Counted from the stretch's first letter, positions 22,053 to 34,143 are shown. The stretch is 48,721 nt of DNA from an uncultured Deferribacteres bacterium (GCA_964014485.1 CAXHAT010000036.1:1-48721); one strand, 5' to 3'. A program made the numbers and translations. Notes: generated by a model from the letters alone, not told the origin.

Positions 22053-22427
22053 TTAGAACTTTAATCCGCCTTCACGAGCGCCGTCAGCCAGCGCCTTTAT
22101 TCGGCCGTGGTAAATATACCCGCTTCTATCGAAAACAATTTGCTCAATGTTTTCCGCCGCAGCTTTTTCCGCAATCGCTTTACCGATAATCGTCGCTTTT
22201 TCCACTTTCGACTTTGCATTGCTAACATCATCCCTCAAACCAGGAGATAACGTCGAAACGCCGAATAACGTTTTTTGATTTAAGTCATCGATCAGTTGTG
22301 CATAAATGTTTTTCGCGCTCTTAAAAACGCAAAGCCTCGGTCTTTCCGGCGTGCCGATAACTTTTTTACGTACTGAAAAATGTTTCTTTTTCCGAGCAGT
22401 TGCACGGTTTGTTTTTTTAAAGCCCAT
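22053..22427 (-). CDS. rplR: 50S ribosomal protein L18
   Basis: [35 protein letters not shown] at 22427. Confidence 0.98.
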   Translation of the reverse strand: MGFKKTNRATARKKKHFSVRKKVIGTPERPRLCVFKSAKNIYAQLIDDLNQKTLFGVSTLSPGLRDDVSNAKSKVEKATIIGKAIAEKAAAENIEQIVFDRSGYIYHGRIKALADGAREGGLKF

Positions 22428-22487
22428 GATCGTAATACTCAAATATCTTCAATATGGAAGTTCTCAATCGACGTACTTTCTACTCAA

Positions 22488-23027
22488 CTACTTGCCGGCC
22501 GTCTTGCCAGCCTTTTCTCGAACATACTCTCCAACGTAGCGAATGCCTTTCCCTTTGTACGGTTCGGGCTTTCGGAACGAACGGATTTTGGCGGCAACCT
22601 GCCCTACCAGCTCCTTGTCGATTCCGCTGATAGAAATGGAAGTTTGGTTTTCGCACTTTATCTCAATATTTTCCGGAGGGCCAAAAACGATCGGATGGGA
22701 GTATCCGATTTGCAAAGATAAGTACTTGCCTCGCATTTCGGCACGATAGCCGACGCCGCGAATTTCAAGTTTTTTCTCAAACCCCTGGCTGACACCGTTG
22801 ACCATATTCGCAATCAGAGCACGGTACAAACCATGTATTGCCCGTTGTTGCTTGGCGTCAGAAGAACGTTTTAATTGTACTTCTCCGTCATTCGCTTCCA
22901 CTTCGATTGCAGGATCGACGTACCTTGAAAGTTCGCCTTTAGGCCCTTTTACTGTAACAATATTGTTTTCATGTTTGAAGGTCACGCCTTCAGACAGAGT
23001 TATCGGCTTTTTTCCAACTCGTGACAC
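22488..23027 (-). CDS. rplF: 50S ribosomal protein L6
   Basis: SRVGKKPI, GVGYRA, PEPYKGKGIRY; GTG at 23027. Confidence 0.98.
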   Translation of the reverse strand: MSRVGKKPITLSEGVTFKHENNIVTVKGPKGELSRYVDPAIEVEANDGEVQLKRSSDAKQQRAIHGLYRALIANMVNGVSQGFEKKLEIRGVGYRAEMRGKYLSLQIGYSHPIVFGPPENIEIKCENQTSISISGIDKELVGQVAAKIRSFRKPEPYKGKGIRYVGEYVREKAGKTAGK

Positions 23028-23053
23028 TTTAAAACTCGCCTCGTTTCTTTCGT

Positions 23054-23449
23054 TTACCACACATAAAAAAGGACTTCGCCGCCTATGCCCAATTTACGCG
23101 CGTCTCTATCCGAAATGATGCCTCTCGACGTACTCAAAACTGCAACGCCGATATTGTTAAAAACTCGCGGAATATTATCAATGCCAACGTACTTTCTTTG
23201 ACCTGGCTTGCTGATTCTTTTAAGGTTGGCGATGACGCTCTCTCCTTCAAAGTATTTCAGGTAGATACGAATAACGCCCTGCTTGTTATCCCGGATCAAA
23301 AGGTAATCTTTGATAAATCCGTAGGCAAGCAGGAGCTTCGTCATCTCACGCTTAATCTTGGAAGCTGGAATATCCACCTTAACATGCCCGGCTCTTCCAG
23401 CATTTCTAATGCGAGTTAAATAATCGGCAATGGGATCGGTCATACACAT
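23054..23449 (-). CDS. rpsH: 30S ribosomal protein S8
   Basis: TDPIADYLTRIRN, SKPG.R.Y, GGEVL. Confidence 0.99.
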   Translation of the reverse strand: MCMTDPIADYLTRIRNAGRAGHVKVDIPASKIKREMTKLLLAYGFIKDYLLIRDNKQGVIRIYLKYFEGESVIANLKRISKPGQRKYVGIDNIPRVFNNIGVAVLSTSRGIISDRDARKLGIGGEVLFYVW

Positions 23450-23488
23450 TTTTTAGAGTCGCCTTATTCCTTGTGAAAATAACAGGTT

Positions 23489-23674
23489 CTACCAACTGGC
23501 TTTTCTTACGCCGGGGATTTTCCCGTCAAGAGATAATTCTCTGAAGCAAATTCGGCAAATACCGAATTTTCTTAGATAAGCGCGCGGCCTTCCGCAACGG
23601 TTGCAGCGATTGTATTCTCTAACTCTGAATTTTGCTGTGCGCTTATTCTTTTCGATGAGTGCTTTTCGAGCCAA
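23489..23674 (-). CDS. rpsN: 30S ribosomal protein S14, zinc-binding type Z
   Basis: 61 aa, [16 protein letters not shown]. Confidence 0.98.
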   Translation of the reverse strand: MARKALIEKNKRTAKFRVREYNRCNRCGRPRAYLRKFGICRICFRELSLDGKIPGVRKASW

Positions 23675-23691
23675 TTCTTAACCTCTTTCAA

Positions 23692-24288
23692 TCATGATCT
23701 TTTACGAAACGGCATGCCAAAAGCTGACAAGAGAGCATGCGCTTCTTCATCGGTATTCGCGGAAGTGACAAACGTAATGTTTAGGCCGCGAATCTTATCG
23801 ACTTTATCGTAGTCTATCTCTGTAAAAATAATCTGTTCTTGAACGCCAATATTATAATTGCCGCGTCCGTCAAAAGCTTTGTCAGCCAATCCACGAAAAT
23901 CTCGGATACGAGGGACGGCAATACAAATAAACCGTTCCAAAAACTCATACATTTTTCTATTGCGCAAGGTCACCATGCAACCGATTTTCATCCCTTCTCT
24001 TAACTTGAAGTTAGAAATCGAGTTTCTTGCCATCGTCACTTTGGGCTTTTGACCGGTAATTAATGTTAAATCCGAGATCGCATTTTCCAGATTTTTCGAA
24101 TCTTCCACTGCTTGTCCGACGCCCATGTTCAAAACGACCTTCTCAAGATGCGGAACCTGCATCACGTTTTTATACTCAAACTGCTTGAGTAACGCCGGAG
24201 CAATTTCTGACTTATATTTCGTAAAAAAGCTTGGAATGTAACCCTTCACACTGGTTACAACGTTGTTGTTTTTTTTCTTCTTCGCCAT
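23692..24288 (-). CDS. rplE: 50S ribosomal protein L5
   Basis: [30 protein letters not shown]. Confidence 0.99.
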   Translation of the reverse strand: MAKKKKNNNVVTSVKGYIPSFFTKYKSEIAPALLKQFEYKNVMQVPHLEKVVLNMGVGQAVEDSKNLENAISDLTLITGQKPKVTMARNSISNFKLREGMKIGCMVTLRNRKMYEFLERFICIAVPRIRDFRGLADKAFDGRGNYNIGVQEQIIFTEIDYDKVDKIRGLNITFVTSANTDEEAHALLSAFGMPFRKRS

Positions 24289-24293
24289 TCTCC

Positions 24294-24629
24294 CTACTCG
24301 CTGTATGAAATAATTTCATCATACTTTTTTGAATATCGCGTCCGACGGCGGCTCAACTTCTCCTCACCGTCTAATACCTTGGACGACACCCGAGTCGGCA
24401 AATTATTGCTCGGGCACAAAACCATTACATTCGATGCATGGATTGGCGCTTCTCGCTCAATAATACCGCCGTTCGGGTATTGCTGAGACGGTCTCATATG
24501 ACGCTTGACAATATTAACCCCCTCAATGATTACCCTGTTTTTCTCGGTATAAACTTTGAGGATGCGGCCTTTACTTCCCTTGTAATCGCCGGAAATAACA
24601 ATAACTTGATCGCCCTTTTTTACATGCAT
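24294..24629 (-). CDS. rplX: 50S ribosomal protein L24
   Basis: [21 protein letters not shown]. Confidence 0.98.
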   Translation of the reverse strand: MHVKKGDQVIVISGDYKGSKGRILKVYTEKNRVIIEGVNIVKRHMRPSQQYPNGGIIEREAPIHASNVMVLCPSNNLPTRVSSKVLDGEEKLSRRRTRYSKKYDEIISYSE

Positions 24630-24664
24630 CTTTCTATATACTCAATTTATCTGCATTCGAACAA

Positions 24665-25033
24665 TTATATCACTTCCGGAGCAAGAGATATAATTTTCAT
24701 AAATTGCTTCTCTCTCAACTCGCGTGCAACCGGGCCAAATATCCTGGTGCCTCGCGGTTCTTTTTGCTCGTTTATTAAAACCGCAGCGTTTTCGTCAAAT
24801 CGAATGTAACTGCCGTCATGTCTGCGCGTCTCTTTTTTCGTTCTGACGATAACCGCTTTCGCAACCTCGCCTTTCTTGACCGACGATCCTGGAATTGCAG
24901 CCTTGACGGAAACAACAATCTCGTCGCCAATTCGCGCATATCGCTTACGGCTTCCGCCCAAAACACGGATACACATAACTCTTTTAGCGCCGGTATTATC
25001 TGCAACAACGAGCTGTGTATATTCCTGAACCAT
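24665..25033 (-). CDS. rplN: 50S ribosomal protein L14
   Basis: [25 protein letters not shown]. Confidence 0.99.
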   Translation of the reverse strand: MVQEYTQLVVADNTGAKRVMCIRVLGGSRKRYARIGDEIVVSVKAAIPGSSVKKGEVAKAVIVRTKKETRRHDGSYIRFDENAAVLINEQKEPRGTRIFGPVARELREKQFMKIISLAPEVI

Positions 25034-25070
25034 TTTAAAACCTTACTCTATAGCGATAATAAATTTTTGC

Positions 25071-25325
25071 TTACTTGGCTTTTTCAACAACTTCGACAAC
25101 GCGCCATCTCTTGCGCTTGCTCATCGGGCGGGTCTCCATAATCAGAACGGTGTCTCCGACGCCTATCTGATCGCTCTCATCATGCGCCATAAACTTGGAA
25201 GTCTTCTTAAAAAACTTGCCGTAAATTTTGTGGCGAACGCGCCTTTCAACAGCAACGGTAACGCTTTTTTGCATTTTGTTGCTGACAACTACGCCGACTT
25301 TTGTTTTTCGATTACCCCGATCCAT
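25071..25325 (-). CDS. rpsQ: 30S ribosomal protein S17
   Basis: [25 protein letters not shown]. Confidence 0.99.
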   Translation of the reverse strand: MDRGNRKTKVGVVVSNKMQKSVTVAVERRVRHKIYGKFFKKTSKFMAHDESDQIGVGDTVLIMETRPMSKRKRWRVVEVVEKAK

Positions 25326-25349
25326 ATTTCACATTCCTACAGCTTAAAA

Positions 25350-25571
25350 TTATTCGGTTTTATCAGGGCTAGCGTTTCTCAAATCCAACGTCATTTCGCT
25401 AAGCACAGTTCTCAATCTGGCTATATCCTTCCGAACAATGCGAATTCGCATTGGATTGTCCAATTGATGCGTTGCATGTTGAAATCGAAGATTTTGATAT
25501 TCTTCCAAAGAGTCTTGCAAATTTTGCTCGACTTCTTCTTTTGTAAATTGATTAATTTCCCACATCTTCAT
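25350..25571 (-). CDS. rpmC: 50S ribosomal protein L29
   Basis: [22 protein letters not shown]; start at 25571 preferred (25586 possible). Confidence 0.96.
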   Translation of the reverse strand: MKMWEINQFTKEEVEQNLQDSLEEYQNLRFQHATHQLDNPMRIRIVRKDIARLRTVLSEMTLDLRNASPDKTE

Positions 25572-25575
25572 TCTT

Positions 25576-25995
25576 CTATTCTCCAAAATCGCTTTGGGAA
25601 ACGAATTTTGTTTTAATCGGCAGTTTGTAAGCGGCGAGCTTTAAGGCGTCTCGCGCCAATTCTTCCGGAACGCCGGCGATCTCGAACATTATTCTTCCCG
25701 GCTTAACAACTGCAACCCAATACTCAGGCGATCCCTTACCTTTCCCCATTCTTGTTTCAGCGGGTTTTTCCGTTATTGGCTTATCCGGAAAAATTCGAAT
25801 CCAGACTTTACCGCCTCTTTTGATCCGCCGGGTTATCGCAACACGCGTCGCTTCAATTTGCCTTGAGGTAATCCAGCCGGGCTCAATTGCTTTAATGCCG
25901 AATTCACCAAATGAAATTTTAGCGCCCCGCTTTGCGTTGCCTCGCATTCTCCCGCGATGCATTTTTCGATATTTTACACGTTTCGGCATTAACAT
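25576..25995 (-). CDS. rplP: 50S ribosomal protein L16
   Basis: [18 protein letters not shown]. Confidence 0.99.
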   Translation of the reverse strand: MLMPKRVKYRKMHRGRMRGNAKRGAKISFGEFGIKAIEPGWITSRQIEATRVAITRRIKRGGKVWIRIFPDKPITEKPAETRMGKGKGSPEYWVAVVKPGRIMFEIAGVPEELARDALKLAAYKLPIKTKFVSQSDFGE

Positions 25996-26027
25996 GAAGC
26001 ACTACTCCAAAAACTTGAATAACTAAT

Positions 26028-26657
26028 CTAACCGCCGATTATTTCGCCTCTACAAATCCAAATCTTAACGCCAATCGCTCCATAGGTCGTTTGTGCGGTA
26101 GCTTGCGCATAATCAATGTCCGCACGCAAAGTATGCAATGGGATTCTGCCTTCTTTGTATTGTTCAGTGCGAGCCATTTCCGCTCCGCCTAATCTGCCGC
26201 TGCAAACGATACGAATTCCTTCAGCACCCATTCGCATTGTGCTCATTAACGCTTTTTTCATTGCGCGTCTAAAAGAAATTTTCGCATTGAGTTGGTTGGC
26301 GACATTTTCGGCAACCAGTGCCGCATCAAGCTCAGGGCGCTTAATTTCGTTGATGTTTAGCTGAATATCTTTATTCGTTAGTTGCTGCAACTCTTCCTTC
26401 AGCTTATCAACTTCTTGCCCCTTCCGGCCAATAACGATACCGGGACGCGCAGTGTGAATAGTTAAAGTCACTTTTTGTGCTGTGCGTTCAATAGTCACGG
26501 TCGAGACGCTCGCGCGCTTGAGTCTGGTTTTGAGATATTTTCTCAACATTAAATCTTCAGCCAGAACGTCAGCAAAATTGCGCTCGTCGAACCAATTGGA
26601 CTCCCAATCGCGAATGACGCCTAACCTGAAACCAGTTGGATGCGTTTTTTGACCCAA
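26028..26657 (-). CDS. rpsC: 30S ribosomal protein S3
   Basis: [35 protein letters not shown]. Confidence 0.99.
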   Translation of the reverse strand: MGQKTHPTGFRLGVIRDWESNWFDERNFADVLAEDLMLRKYLKTRLKRASVSTVTIERTAQKVTLTIHTARPGIVIGRKGQEVDKLKEELQQLTNKDIQLNINEIKRPELDAALVAENVANQLNAKISFRRAMKKALMSTMRMGAEGIRIVCSGRLGGAEMARTEQYKEGRIPLHTLRADIDYAQATAQTTYGAIGVKIWICRGEIIGG

Positions 26658-26684
26658 GAGAAACTCCTTAAAACGTACTTTAAT

Positions 26685-27035
26685 CTATTCTTCGTCTTCG
26701 CTGGCAACAACGACAGTTATATGACACGTGCGCTTTTTGATCCGCATCGGGCGCCCCATTGAAGCGGCTCGAAAACGTCTCATTCGGGGGCCCTCATCAA
26801 CCCGCGCTTCCTTAACAAAAATTTCGTCTTCATCTACTTTTGCGGCGCTTTCTTGGCTCAGCATGTTTGCAACTGCTGAACGAATCGTTTTCTCGATCGG
26901 TGAAGCCGCCCGTTTGTTAGAAAAATGCAACGTGTTAATTGCATTATTCACATTTTGCCCTCGTACCAGATCAATCACGCGACGCGCCTTCCGAGGAGAC
27001 ATCCGAACATGTTTTGCTATTGCTCTTGCTTCCAT
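26685..27035 (-). CDS. rplV: 50S ribosomal protein L22
   Basis: RMSPRKAR.V.DLVRG, VDEGP, HITVVV. Confidence 0.99.
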   Translation of the reverse strand: MEARAIAKHVRMSPRKARRVIDLVRGQNVNNAINTLHFSNKRAASPIEKTIRSAVANMLSQESAAKVDEDEIFVKEARVDEGPRMRRFRAASMGRPMRIKKRTCHITVVVASEDEE

Positions 27036-27050
27036 TTCAAAAAACCTGAT

Positions 27051-27338
27051 TTATCGACGAACACGTGATGATTTTTCTGATTTGTTAATATGACCGCGGT
27101 ATGTCCGAGTAGGAGCAAATTCACCTAACTTGTGACCAACCATGTTCTCGGTGACATAGACGGGAATGAATTTGTTCCCAGTATGTACAGCTATTGTGTG
27201 GCCAACAAAGTCAGGAGCAATTGTCGAGCGTCGTGACCAAGTTTTGATGACTTTTTTTTGCTTTGAAGTATTTAGCGCGTCAATCTTTTTTAGCAGATGG
27301 TCGTCAATAAACGGCCCTTTTTTTACCGAACGCGGCAT
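27051..27338 (-). CDS. rpsS: 30S ribosomal protein S19
   Basis: [25 protein letters not shown]. Confidence 0.99.
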   Translation of the reverse strand: MPRSVKKGPFIDDHLLKKIDALNTSKQKKVIKTWSRRSTIAPDFVGHTIAVHTGNKFIPVYVTENMVGHKLGEFAPTRTYRGHINKSEKSSRVRR

Positions 27339-27350
27339 AGTGTAAAACCT

Positions 27351-28172
27351 TTACTTTCGCTTTCTTACAATCAATCTGTCAGAACTTTTTTTGCGTCTTG
27401 TTTTTAAGCCTTTACTCATTTGTCCCCAAGGAGAACAAGGGTGACGCCCGCCGGAGCTTTTTCCTTCACCACCGCCCATGGGGTGATCAACAGGGTTCAT
27501 CGCAACGCCGCGAACATGCGGTCTTTTGCCTAACCATCTTGAGCGACCGGCTTTACCGCTCGTGATGTTTTCGTGGTCAGTATTTCCAACCTGCCCTAAA
27601 GTCGCGCGACACTCGACGCGAACCATTCTTACCTCGCCTGACGGCAATTTCAACTGTGCGTGTTTCTCATCGCGAGCCATCAACTGAGCGGAAGTCCCGG
27701 CTCCGCGAGCCATTTGCCCGCCTTTGCCCGGCTTCAATTCGATGTTATGAATAATTGAACCCATCGGCATATTCTGAAGCGGGAGGCAATTGCCAACCCG
27801 AATTTCCGGGCGTTCGCCAGACATAAGCTGATCGCCAACCTTTAGTCCATTAGGTGCGATAATGTAGCGTTTTTCGCCATCGACATAATGCAAGAGTGCA
27901 ATACGCGCGCTTCGGTTGGGGTCATACTCAATGGTCGCAACTTTTGCAGGGATATCGTCCTTGTTCCTCTTGAAGTCAATCAGACGATAGCGTCTTTTAT
28001 GTCCGCCGCCTCTATGACGAGCGGTTTCCCGACCTAAGTTGTTCCGCCCGCCGCTTTTTTTCAAAGGGCGCAGCAAAGACTTTTCCGGCTCGGAAGTCGT
28101 AATCTCTTCGAAAGTTGAAACTGTTCTATAACGCAAGCTCGGCGTATAGGGCTTAAAAGATTTAATACCCAT
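27351..28172 (-). CDS. rplB: 50S ribosomal protein L2
   Basis: [29 protein letters not shown]. Confidence 0.99.
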   Translation of the reverse strand: MGIKSFKPYTPSLRYRTVSTFEEITTSEPEKSLLRPLKKSGGRNNLGRETARHRGGGHKRRYRLIDFKRNKDDIPAKVATIEYDPNRSARIALLHYVDGEKRYIIAPNGLKVGDQLMSGERPEIRVGNCLPLQNMPMGSIIHNIELKPGKGGQMARGAGTSAQLMARDEKHAQLKLPSGEVRMVRVECRATLGQVGNTDHENITSGKAGRSRWLGKRPHVRGVAMNPVDHPMGGGEGKSSGGRHPCSPWGQMSKGLKTRRKKSSDRLIVRKRK

Positions 28173-28189
28173 TTATCAGACCTTTATAA

Positions 28190-28495
28190 TTAACCGATAC
28201 CTTCCACAAAATCTATGCTGTCGCCTTCTTGCAAACGAACGAGCGCCTTTTTCCAGGTGGCGCGTTTCCCGAAGGTCATGCCGCGCTTGGTGTTCATTCT
28301 CTTGCTCTTTCCTTTGACAACGATCGTTTGAACCTTGGTCACTCGCACGTCAAATTTTTCTTCAATCGATTTGCGAATTTCAATTTTGTTGGCGTCACGG
28401 GCGACCTTAAATCCGAACCAGTTTTCTTTTTCTTGAGCGTCGCTCAATTTTTCCGTCAAGAGTGGTCGCAGTATGATTGTTTCCGCCGTTTTCAT
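28190..28495 (-). CDS. rplW: 50S ribosomal protein L23
   Basis: P.LTEK, ANKIEI, WKKA.V.L. Confidence 0.98.
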   Translation of the reverse strand: MKTAETIILRPLLTEKLSDAQEKENWFGFKVARDANKIEIRKSIEEKFDVRVTKVQTIVVKGKSKRMNTKRGMTFGKRATWKKALVRLQEGDSIDFVEGIG

Positions 28496-29118
28496 GAAAG
28501 CACCTCCTCAAGTACTGCGAGCGCACCCTTCTGGACAAATATGCGTCTGCTTTGAATCATGTCATAAGTGGACGCTAAATCTGCGCGATAAGCCTGGAAG
28601 TTAGGTATGTTCTTACCAGCTCTGACAATCGCACTATCAGAATCAGCCAACAGCAAGAGCGACTTTTCTCCGTTCGTCTCAAAACCATCTAAAAAGTCAA
28701 TCAATTCTCTTGTTTTACCTGATTCTATATTGAAATCATCGACGACGAACAATCTTTCTTCACTCAATCGGGATGCAAGGACCGACCTACGGGCCAGTTT
28801 CTTAACTTTCTTGTTCACTTTCTCGCCGTAAGGGTGCGGATGAGGGCCAAAAATACGTCCGCCGCCAACCCAAATTGGAGAGCGGTTGGTTCCCGCACGC
28901 GCGACGCCGCGACCTTTCTGCTTCCAGGGCTTCTTGCCGCCGCCTCGAACCATTGAACGAGTTTTGGTTGAGTGCGTCCCTTGCCTTCGATTGGCCAACT
29001 GCGCTTTAACCGCTAAATATACAGCATGCTCATTAACGGGACCGCCAAATACTCTTTCCGGCAATTCCACCGTTTGGCCAGTTGTTTGACCTTGAGCGTT
29101 AAAAACTTCCAGTTCCAT
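28492..29118 (-). CDS. rplD: 50S ribosomal protein L4
   Basis: RQGTHSTKTR, KPWKQKG.G.ARAG, GGG.IFGP. Confidence 0.99.
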   Translation of the reverse strand: MELEVFNAQGQTTGQTVELPERVFGGPVNEHAVYLAVKAQLANRRQGTHSTKTRSMVRGGGKKPWKQKGRGVARAGTNRSPIWVGGGRIFGPHPHPYGEKVNKKVKKLARRSVLASRLSEERLFVVDDFNIESGKTRELIDFLDGFETNGEKSLLLLADSDSAIVRAGKNIPNFQAYRADLASTYDMIQSRRIFVQKGALAVLEEVLS

Positions 29119-29125
29119 CCTGCAC

Positions 29126-29737
29126 TCACTTCGTAATTTGTAATAATCCGTTCTTTCCCCCAGGCACGGCGCCCCTGATCATCAAAGTATTATTTTCGGG
29201 ATCAACGCGAACAACTTCGAGATTGCTAACGGTGACGCGCTGGTTGCCAGTGCGACCAGCCATTCTCGTTCCTTTAAGAACGCGAGAAGGGTACGATGAT
29301 TGTCCGATAGAGCCCGGAGCACGAAGGCGATCGCTCTGTCCGTGCGTGGTTTGACCGCCGCCAAAACCATGGCGCTTCATTACACCCTGAAATCCTTTTC
29401 CCTTAGACAATCCCGATACTTTGACCCGGTCGCCAATTTCAAAAACATCGGCTTTTAATACGTCGCCAACGTTGTAGCTTGACGTATCATCAAAGCTGCG
29501 AACTTCTCGAAGATATCGCATCGCGGTCAGATCGTTTTTTTTGTATTGACCGGCAACAGGCTTGGTGACTTTCTTCGCCTCAACTTCTTCGAATCCCAAC
29601 TGAAGAGCTTGATAGCCGTCTGATTTTATACCAACGACGCAACAAGGGCCGGCCTTTATAACCGTCACGGGAATGCATTCACCGCCTTCAGTGAATATTT
29701 GCGTCATTCCCATCTTTTTACCAATCAATCCGCTCAT
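29126..29737 (-). CDS. rplC: 50S ribosomal protein L3
   Basis: GKKMGMTQIF, SKGKGFQGVMKRH, RAPGSIG. Confidence 0.99.
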   Translation of the reverse strand: MSGLIGKKMGMTQIFTEGGECIPVTVIKAGPCCVVGIKSDGYQALQLGFEEVEAKKVTKPVAGQYKKNDLTAMRYLREVRSFDDTSSYNVGDVLKADVFEIGDRVKVSGLSKGKGFQGVMKRHGFGGGQTTHGQSDRLRAPGSIGQSSYPSRVLKGTRMAGRTGNQRVTVSNLEVVRVDPENNTLMIRGAVPGGKNGLLQITK

Positions 29738-29776
29738 AATAATATGTCTTATAAATCTTCGAGTCTTTCGTCGCTT

Positions 29777-30085
29777 TTAGACTTTAATCTCAACATCAAC
29801 GCCCGCAGGCAATTCTAACTTCATAAGAGCATCCACCGTCTTGGAAGTCGAGTTCATAATGTCGATCAATCTCTTATGGATACGCGTCTCAAACTGCTCG
29901 CGAGATTTTTTATCAACGTGCGGTGAGCGCAGAACCGTGTATACGCTCCTTCGAGTGGGAAGCGGGATCGGACCTGAAATCGCCGCGCCTGTCGATTTGG
30001 CGGTGCGAATGATTTTATCCGTTGATTTATCAATTAAACGATGATCGTAAGCTTTCAGCTTAATTCTGATCTTTTGGCCGACCAC
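29777..30085 (-). CDS. rpsJ: 30S ribosomal protein S10
   Basis: [31 protein letters not shown]. Confidence 0.99.
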   Translation of the reverse strand: MVGQKIRIKLKAYDHRLIDKSTDKIIRTAKSTGAAISGPIPLPTRRSVYTVLRSPHVDKKSREQFETRIHKRLIDIMNSTSKTVDALMKLELPAGVDVEIKV

Positions 30086-30128
30086 AAAATCACTCCACAG
30101 TTTGAAACAAAAAAAATTCTGGTATCAC

Positions 30129-30158
30129 AAAAATAGTCGGGTCGTGCGACCCGACTAT
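30129..30158 (-). terminator. intrinsic terminator between tuf and rpsJ
   Basis: ATAGTCGGGTCG/CGACCCGACTAT perfect inverted repeat followed by a T run. Confidence 0.75.
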
Positions 30159-30167
30159 GACTCATCA

Positions 30168-31358
30168 TCATTCAGTAATTTCAGTAACAACGCCAGCGCC
30201 TACCGTACGCCCGCCTTCGCGGATAGCGAAACGCAGACCTTTTTCCATCGCGATGTCAGTGATCAATTCAACATCCATCGTGATGTTGTCGCCAGGCATT
30301 ACCATTTCGGTGCCTCCCGGAAGTTCAACAACGCCGGTTACGTCAGTCGTTCTGAAGTAGAACTGCGGTCTGTAGCCATTAAAAAACGGGGTATGGCGAC
30401 CACCTTCTTCTTTTTTCAGGACGTACACTTCGCCTTTGAACTTCGTGTGCGGCTTAATCGAACCCGGCTTGGCGATAACCATGCCCCGGGTAATTTCATT
30501 TTTATCAACGCCGCGCAACAGTAAGCCAACGTTATCGCCGGCTTCGCCTCTATCAAGAAGCTTGCGGAACATCTCAACGCCGGTACAGACAGTCTTTTTA
30601 TGGCTTTCCATACCCAGAATTTCGACTTCATTTCCAACTTCGACAACGCCGCGTTCAATACGACCGGTAGCAACGGTACCGCGACCTGTAATCGAGAAAA
30701 CGTCTTCAACCGGCATAATGAACGGCTTATCTACATCACGCTCAGGAGTCGGGATGTATTCGTCCACGGCTTTCATCAATTCATGAATGCATCCGTTTTT
30801 CGAAGGATCCGTCGGCGCGGAAAGAGCTTCTACTGCACTTCCTTGGATGATTGGAATATCATCGCCTGGAAACTCATACTCGCTCAAAAGTTCGCGCAGC
30901 TCGAGTTCAACCAGTTCCAACAATTCTTCGTCGTCAACCAAGTCTACTTTGTTCATGAAGACAACGATGTACGGTACGCCTACCTGACGGGCCAAGAGGA
31001 TGTGCTCCCGCGTTTGCGGCATAGGACCGTCAGCAGCGCTAACCACCAAAATAGCGCCGTCCATCTGTGCGGCTCCGGTGATCATATTCTTGACATAGTC
31101 GGCGTGGCCCGGACAGTCTACGTGCGCATAGTGTCGGTTTTCAGTTTCATACTCAACGTGAGCCGTCGCAATCGTTATCCCTCTCGCGCGCTCTTCAGGA
31201 GCGTTATCAATTTTATCAAACGGGACAAATTCAACGCCGCTTGTTTGCGCAAGCACGTTTGTGATCGCCGCCGTTAAGGTCGTCTTACCATGATCCACGT
31301 GACCGATTGTACCAACGTTCACGTGCGGTTTGGTACGTTCGAATTTTTCCTTAGCCAT
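30168..31358 (-). CDS. tuf: elongation factor Tu
   Basis: [34 protein letters not shown]. Confidence 0.99.
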   Translation of the reverse strand: MAKEKFERTKPHVNVGTIGHVDHGKTTLTAAITNVLAQTSGVEFVPFDKIDNAPEERARGITIATAHVEYETENRHYAHVDCPGHADYVKNMITGAAQMDGAILVVSAADGPMPQTREHILLARQVGVPYIVVFMNKVDLVDDEELLELVELELRELLSEYEFPGDDIPIIQGSAVEALSAPTDPSKNGCIHELMKAVDEYIPTPERDVDKPFIMPVEDVFSITGRGTVATGRIERGVVEVGNEVEILGMESHKKTVCTGVEMFRKLLDRGEAGDNVGLLLRGVDKNEITRGMVIAKPGSIKPHTKFKGEVYVLKKEEGGRHTPFFNGYRPQFYFRTTDVTGVVELPGGTEMVMPGDNITMDVELITDIAMEKGLRFAIREGGRTVGAGVVTEITE

Positions 31359-31421
31359 GGCTAATTTTCTCCACTTAAATCTGCATCAAAGATTTTGATT
31401 ATTTCAAAAAATACTTAAAAG

Positions 31422-33509
31422 CTATGCTGAGATTTTGCCTTTCGAATCCATGATCGACTCTGCAATTGAAGCCGGAACAGGTTCGTAGTGCGAAAATTGC
31501 ATTGTATAGATTGCGCGGCCCTGCGTGATACTTCTAAGAGTCGTCGCATAGCCGAACATCTTATTCAAAGGGACGGTCGATGCAATAACTTGAGCTTCAC
31601 GTCGAGGAAACATGCCTCTGATCCTACCGCGCCTGGAGTTCAAATCGCCCATCACGTCGCCCATGTACTCCTCAGGAACAACAACTTCAACATCCATAAC
31701 AGGCTCCAGTAAAACTGGATCAGCTTTTGAAACACCATTTTTCAAAGCCATTGAACCCGCGACTTTGAAAGCCATCTCAGAAGAATCGACGTCATGATAA
31801 GAACCATCTACCAGCGTCGCCTTTACGTCAACGACCGGATAACCTGCCAAGATGCCGTTTCGCAATGCTTCTTTGATTCCATCGGCAGCCGGTTTTATAT
31901 ATTCCCTCGGAACAACTCCACCGACAATTTTGTCGACAAATTCAAAGCCCGCACCAGGCTCCGATGGTTCGATTTCAATGACCACATGCCCGTACTGTCC
32001 GCGTCCACCTGACTGCCGCACAAATTTTCCTTCCGCAGTCGCTTTCTTACGAATCGTTTCTTTATATGCGACTTGGGGCTGACCGATGTTTGCGTGAACC
32101 TTAAATTCCCTAAGCAATCGGTCAATGAGAATTTCCAAGTGTAACTCACCCATTCCAGAGATGAGCGTCTGTCCCGTTTCGTCGTTCGTCGAGACCCTAA
32201 AAGTAGGATCTTCATCGGCTAACTTGCCAAGCGACTCTCCAAGTTTTTCCTGGTCGCCCTTCGTTTTTGGCTCGATGGCAACAGCAATAACCGGCTCTGG
32301 AAACACCATCTGCTCCAAAATGACATGCTTGTTTTCGTCGCAGAGCGTATGACCAGTCTTGGTAAACTTGAGGCCGACGGCAGCCAATATGTCTCCAGCC
32401 TTAGCTTCCTGAATATCTTCGCGCTTGTTCGCCGACATCCTCAGAATGCGCCCCAGCCTTTCTCTCTTTCCTGTAGTAGAATTATAAACATACGATCCCG
32501 CCTTAGCTGTGCCCGAGTACACCCTGAAGTACGACAACCTTCCTACATACGGGTCAGTCATAATCTTAAAGGCGAGAGCGGAAAAAGGCGCGTCAACAGC
32601 GATCTCTCTTGTAATTTCCTCATCCGTCTTTGGATGACGTCCTTTAACAGCAGGCAGATCTGTAGGTGATGGCAAGAAATAAGTAATCGAATCCAACAAT
32701 CGCTGAACGCCCTTATTCTTGAAAGCGGAACCGCACAAAACAGGGACTATACTCACGTCTATTGTGGCTTTCCGTATAGCCGTCCTTAACTCTTCTTCAG
32801 TGATTTCGTCGCCATCCAAGTACTTCTCCATCAGATTATCATCATAATCTGAAATAGATTCCAACAAGTTAGTCCTGTATTTTTCGGCTACAGGCATCAA
32901 TGAGTCGGGAATATCAATCTCATCCCAAGAAACGCCCAGGCTATCTTCGTTATAGATAACAGCCTTCATCTTGACGAGATCAACGAGCCCGTTAAACATC
33001 TCGCCCTCGCCTATCGGGAACTGAAGCGGAACCGGATTCGCACCAAGGCGCTCTTGCATCATCTGAACAACGTTCTCAAAATCAGCCCCGACACGATCCA
33101 TCTTATTCACAAATGCAATACGAGGCACTCTATACTTATCCGCCTGCCGCCAGACGGTTTCAGATTGAGGCTCAACGCCGCCAACCGCACAAAAAAGAGC
33201 GACAGCGCCATCCAAGATGCGCAACGATCTTTCCACCTCTACTGTAAAATCCACGTGTCCAGGCGTATCAATAATATTGATAACATGGTCCCGCCAAAAA
33301 CAGGTCACAGCAGCCGACGTAATCGTAATTCCGCGCTCCCTCTCCTGATCCATCCAATCCATGGTCGCAGCCCCGTCATGGACTTCACCCATTTTATGGA
33401 CTTTGCCGGTATAAAAGAGCACCCTTTCTGTTGTCGTTGTTTTTCCTGCGTCAATATGGGCCATTATCCCAATATTGCGCGTCATCGACAACGATTTTTT
33501 GCTTGCCAT
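31422..33509 (-). CDS. fusA: elongation factor G
   Basis: [29 protein letters not shown]. Confidence 0.99.
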   Translation of the reverse strand: MASKKSLSMTRNIGIMAHIDAGKTTTTERVLFYTGKVHKMGEVHDGAATMDWMDQERERGITITSAAVTCFWRDHVINIIDTPGHVDFTVEVERSLRILDGAVALFCAVGGVEPQSETVWRQADKYRVPRIAFVNKMDRVGADFENVVQMMQERLGANPVPLQFPIGEGEMFNGLVDLVKMKAVIYNEDSLGVSWDEIDIPDSLMPVAEKYRTNLLESISDYDDNLMEKYLDGDEITEEELRTAIRKATIDVSIVPVLCGSAFKNKGVQRLLDSITYFLPSPTDLPAVKGRHPKTDEEITREIAVDAPFSALAFKIMTDPYVGRLSYFRVYSGTAKAGSYVYNSTTGKRERLGRILRMSANKREDIQEAKAGDILAAVGLKFTKTGHTLCDENKHVILEQMVFPEPVIAVAIEPKTKGDQEKLGESLGKLADEDPTFRVSTNDETGQTLISGMGELHLEILIDRLLREFKVHANIGQPQVAYKETIRKKATAEGKFVRQSGGRGQYGHVVIEIEPSEPGAGFEFVDKIVGGVVPREYIKPAADGIKEALRNGILAGYPVVDVKATLVDGSYHDVDSSEMAFKVAGSMALKNGVSKADPVLLEPVMDVEVVVPEEYMGDVMGDLNSRRGRIRGMFPRREAQVIASTVPLNKMFGYATTLRSITQGRAIYTMQFSHYEPVPASIAESIMDSKGKISA

Positions 33510-33596
33510 CTATCTATTATCCAGTACAAATTTTGTTACAAACAATATAAAAGCGCATTTACGCGCCAGCCGCCAAAAACATTCGTCCGCAGCCCG

Positions 33597-33634
33597 AAAA
33601 AAAAGGAAAGTCATCGATCAATCGAAAACTTCCC
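33597..33634 (-). terminator. terminator-like hairpin between rpsG and fusA
   Basis: GGGAAGTT-T-TCGA[TTGA]TCGA-T-GACTTTCC followed by T8. Confidence 0.7.
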
Positions 33635-33675
33635 TGTTCATTCTGATGGGATTTTATGAAATATCTTGGAGAGAA

Positions 33676-34143
33676 CTACCAGCGGAAATGAGCAAAAGCC
33701 TTGTTTGCGTCAGCCATTCTATGAGTATCTTCACGCTTCTTAACAGAAGCGCCTTCTCTTTTGGAAGCGGCGATAAACTCAGCCGCCAACCGCTGATCCA
33801 TTGTTCGCTCACTACGTGCACGCGCAAAAGAAACGATCCAACGAATCGCCAAAGCCTGCCTCCGGTCATCTCTTACCTCGATCGGAACCTGATACGTCGC
33901 CCCGCCAACACGGCGCGACTTCACCTCAAGCACAGGCTTGACATTCTCTACGGCCTTCTGAAAAACCGAAATCCCAACATCACCAGTGCGCTTCTCAATA
34001 ATTTCTATTGCAGAATAAAAAGTCCGCTCGGCAACACTCTTCTTCCCCCCCTTCATCATCCCATTGACAAACTTCGTCACAAGGATATTGCCGAATTTTG
34101 GATCCGGCAAGACCTGCCTTCGCTCAGCCTGCTTTCTACGCAT
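33676..34143 (-). CDS. rpsG: 30S ribosomal protein S7
   Basis: [24 protein letters not shown]. Confidence 0.99.
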   Translation of the reverse strand: MRRKQAERRQVLPDPKFGNILVTKFVNGMMKGGKKSVAERTFYSAIEIIEKRTGDVGISVFQKAVENVKPVLEVKSRRVGGATYQVPIEVRDDRRQALAIRWIVSFARARSERTMDQRLAAEFIAASKREGASVKKREDTHRMADANKAFAHFRW

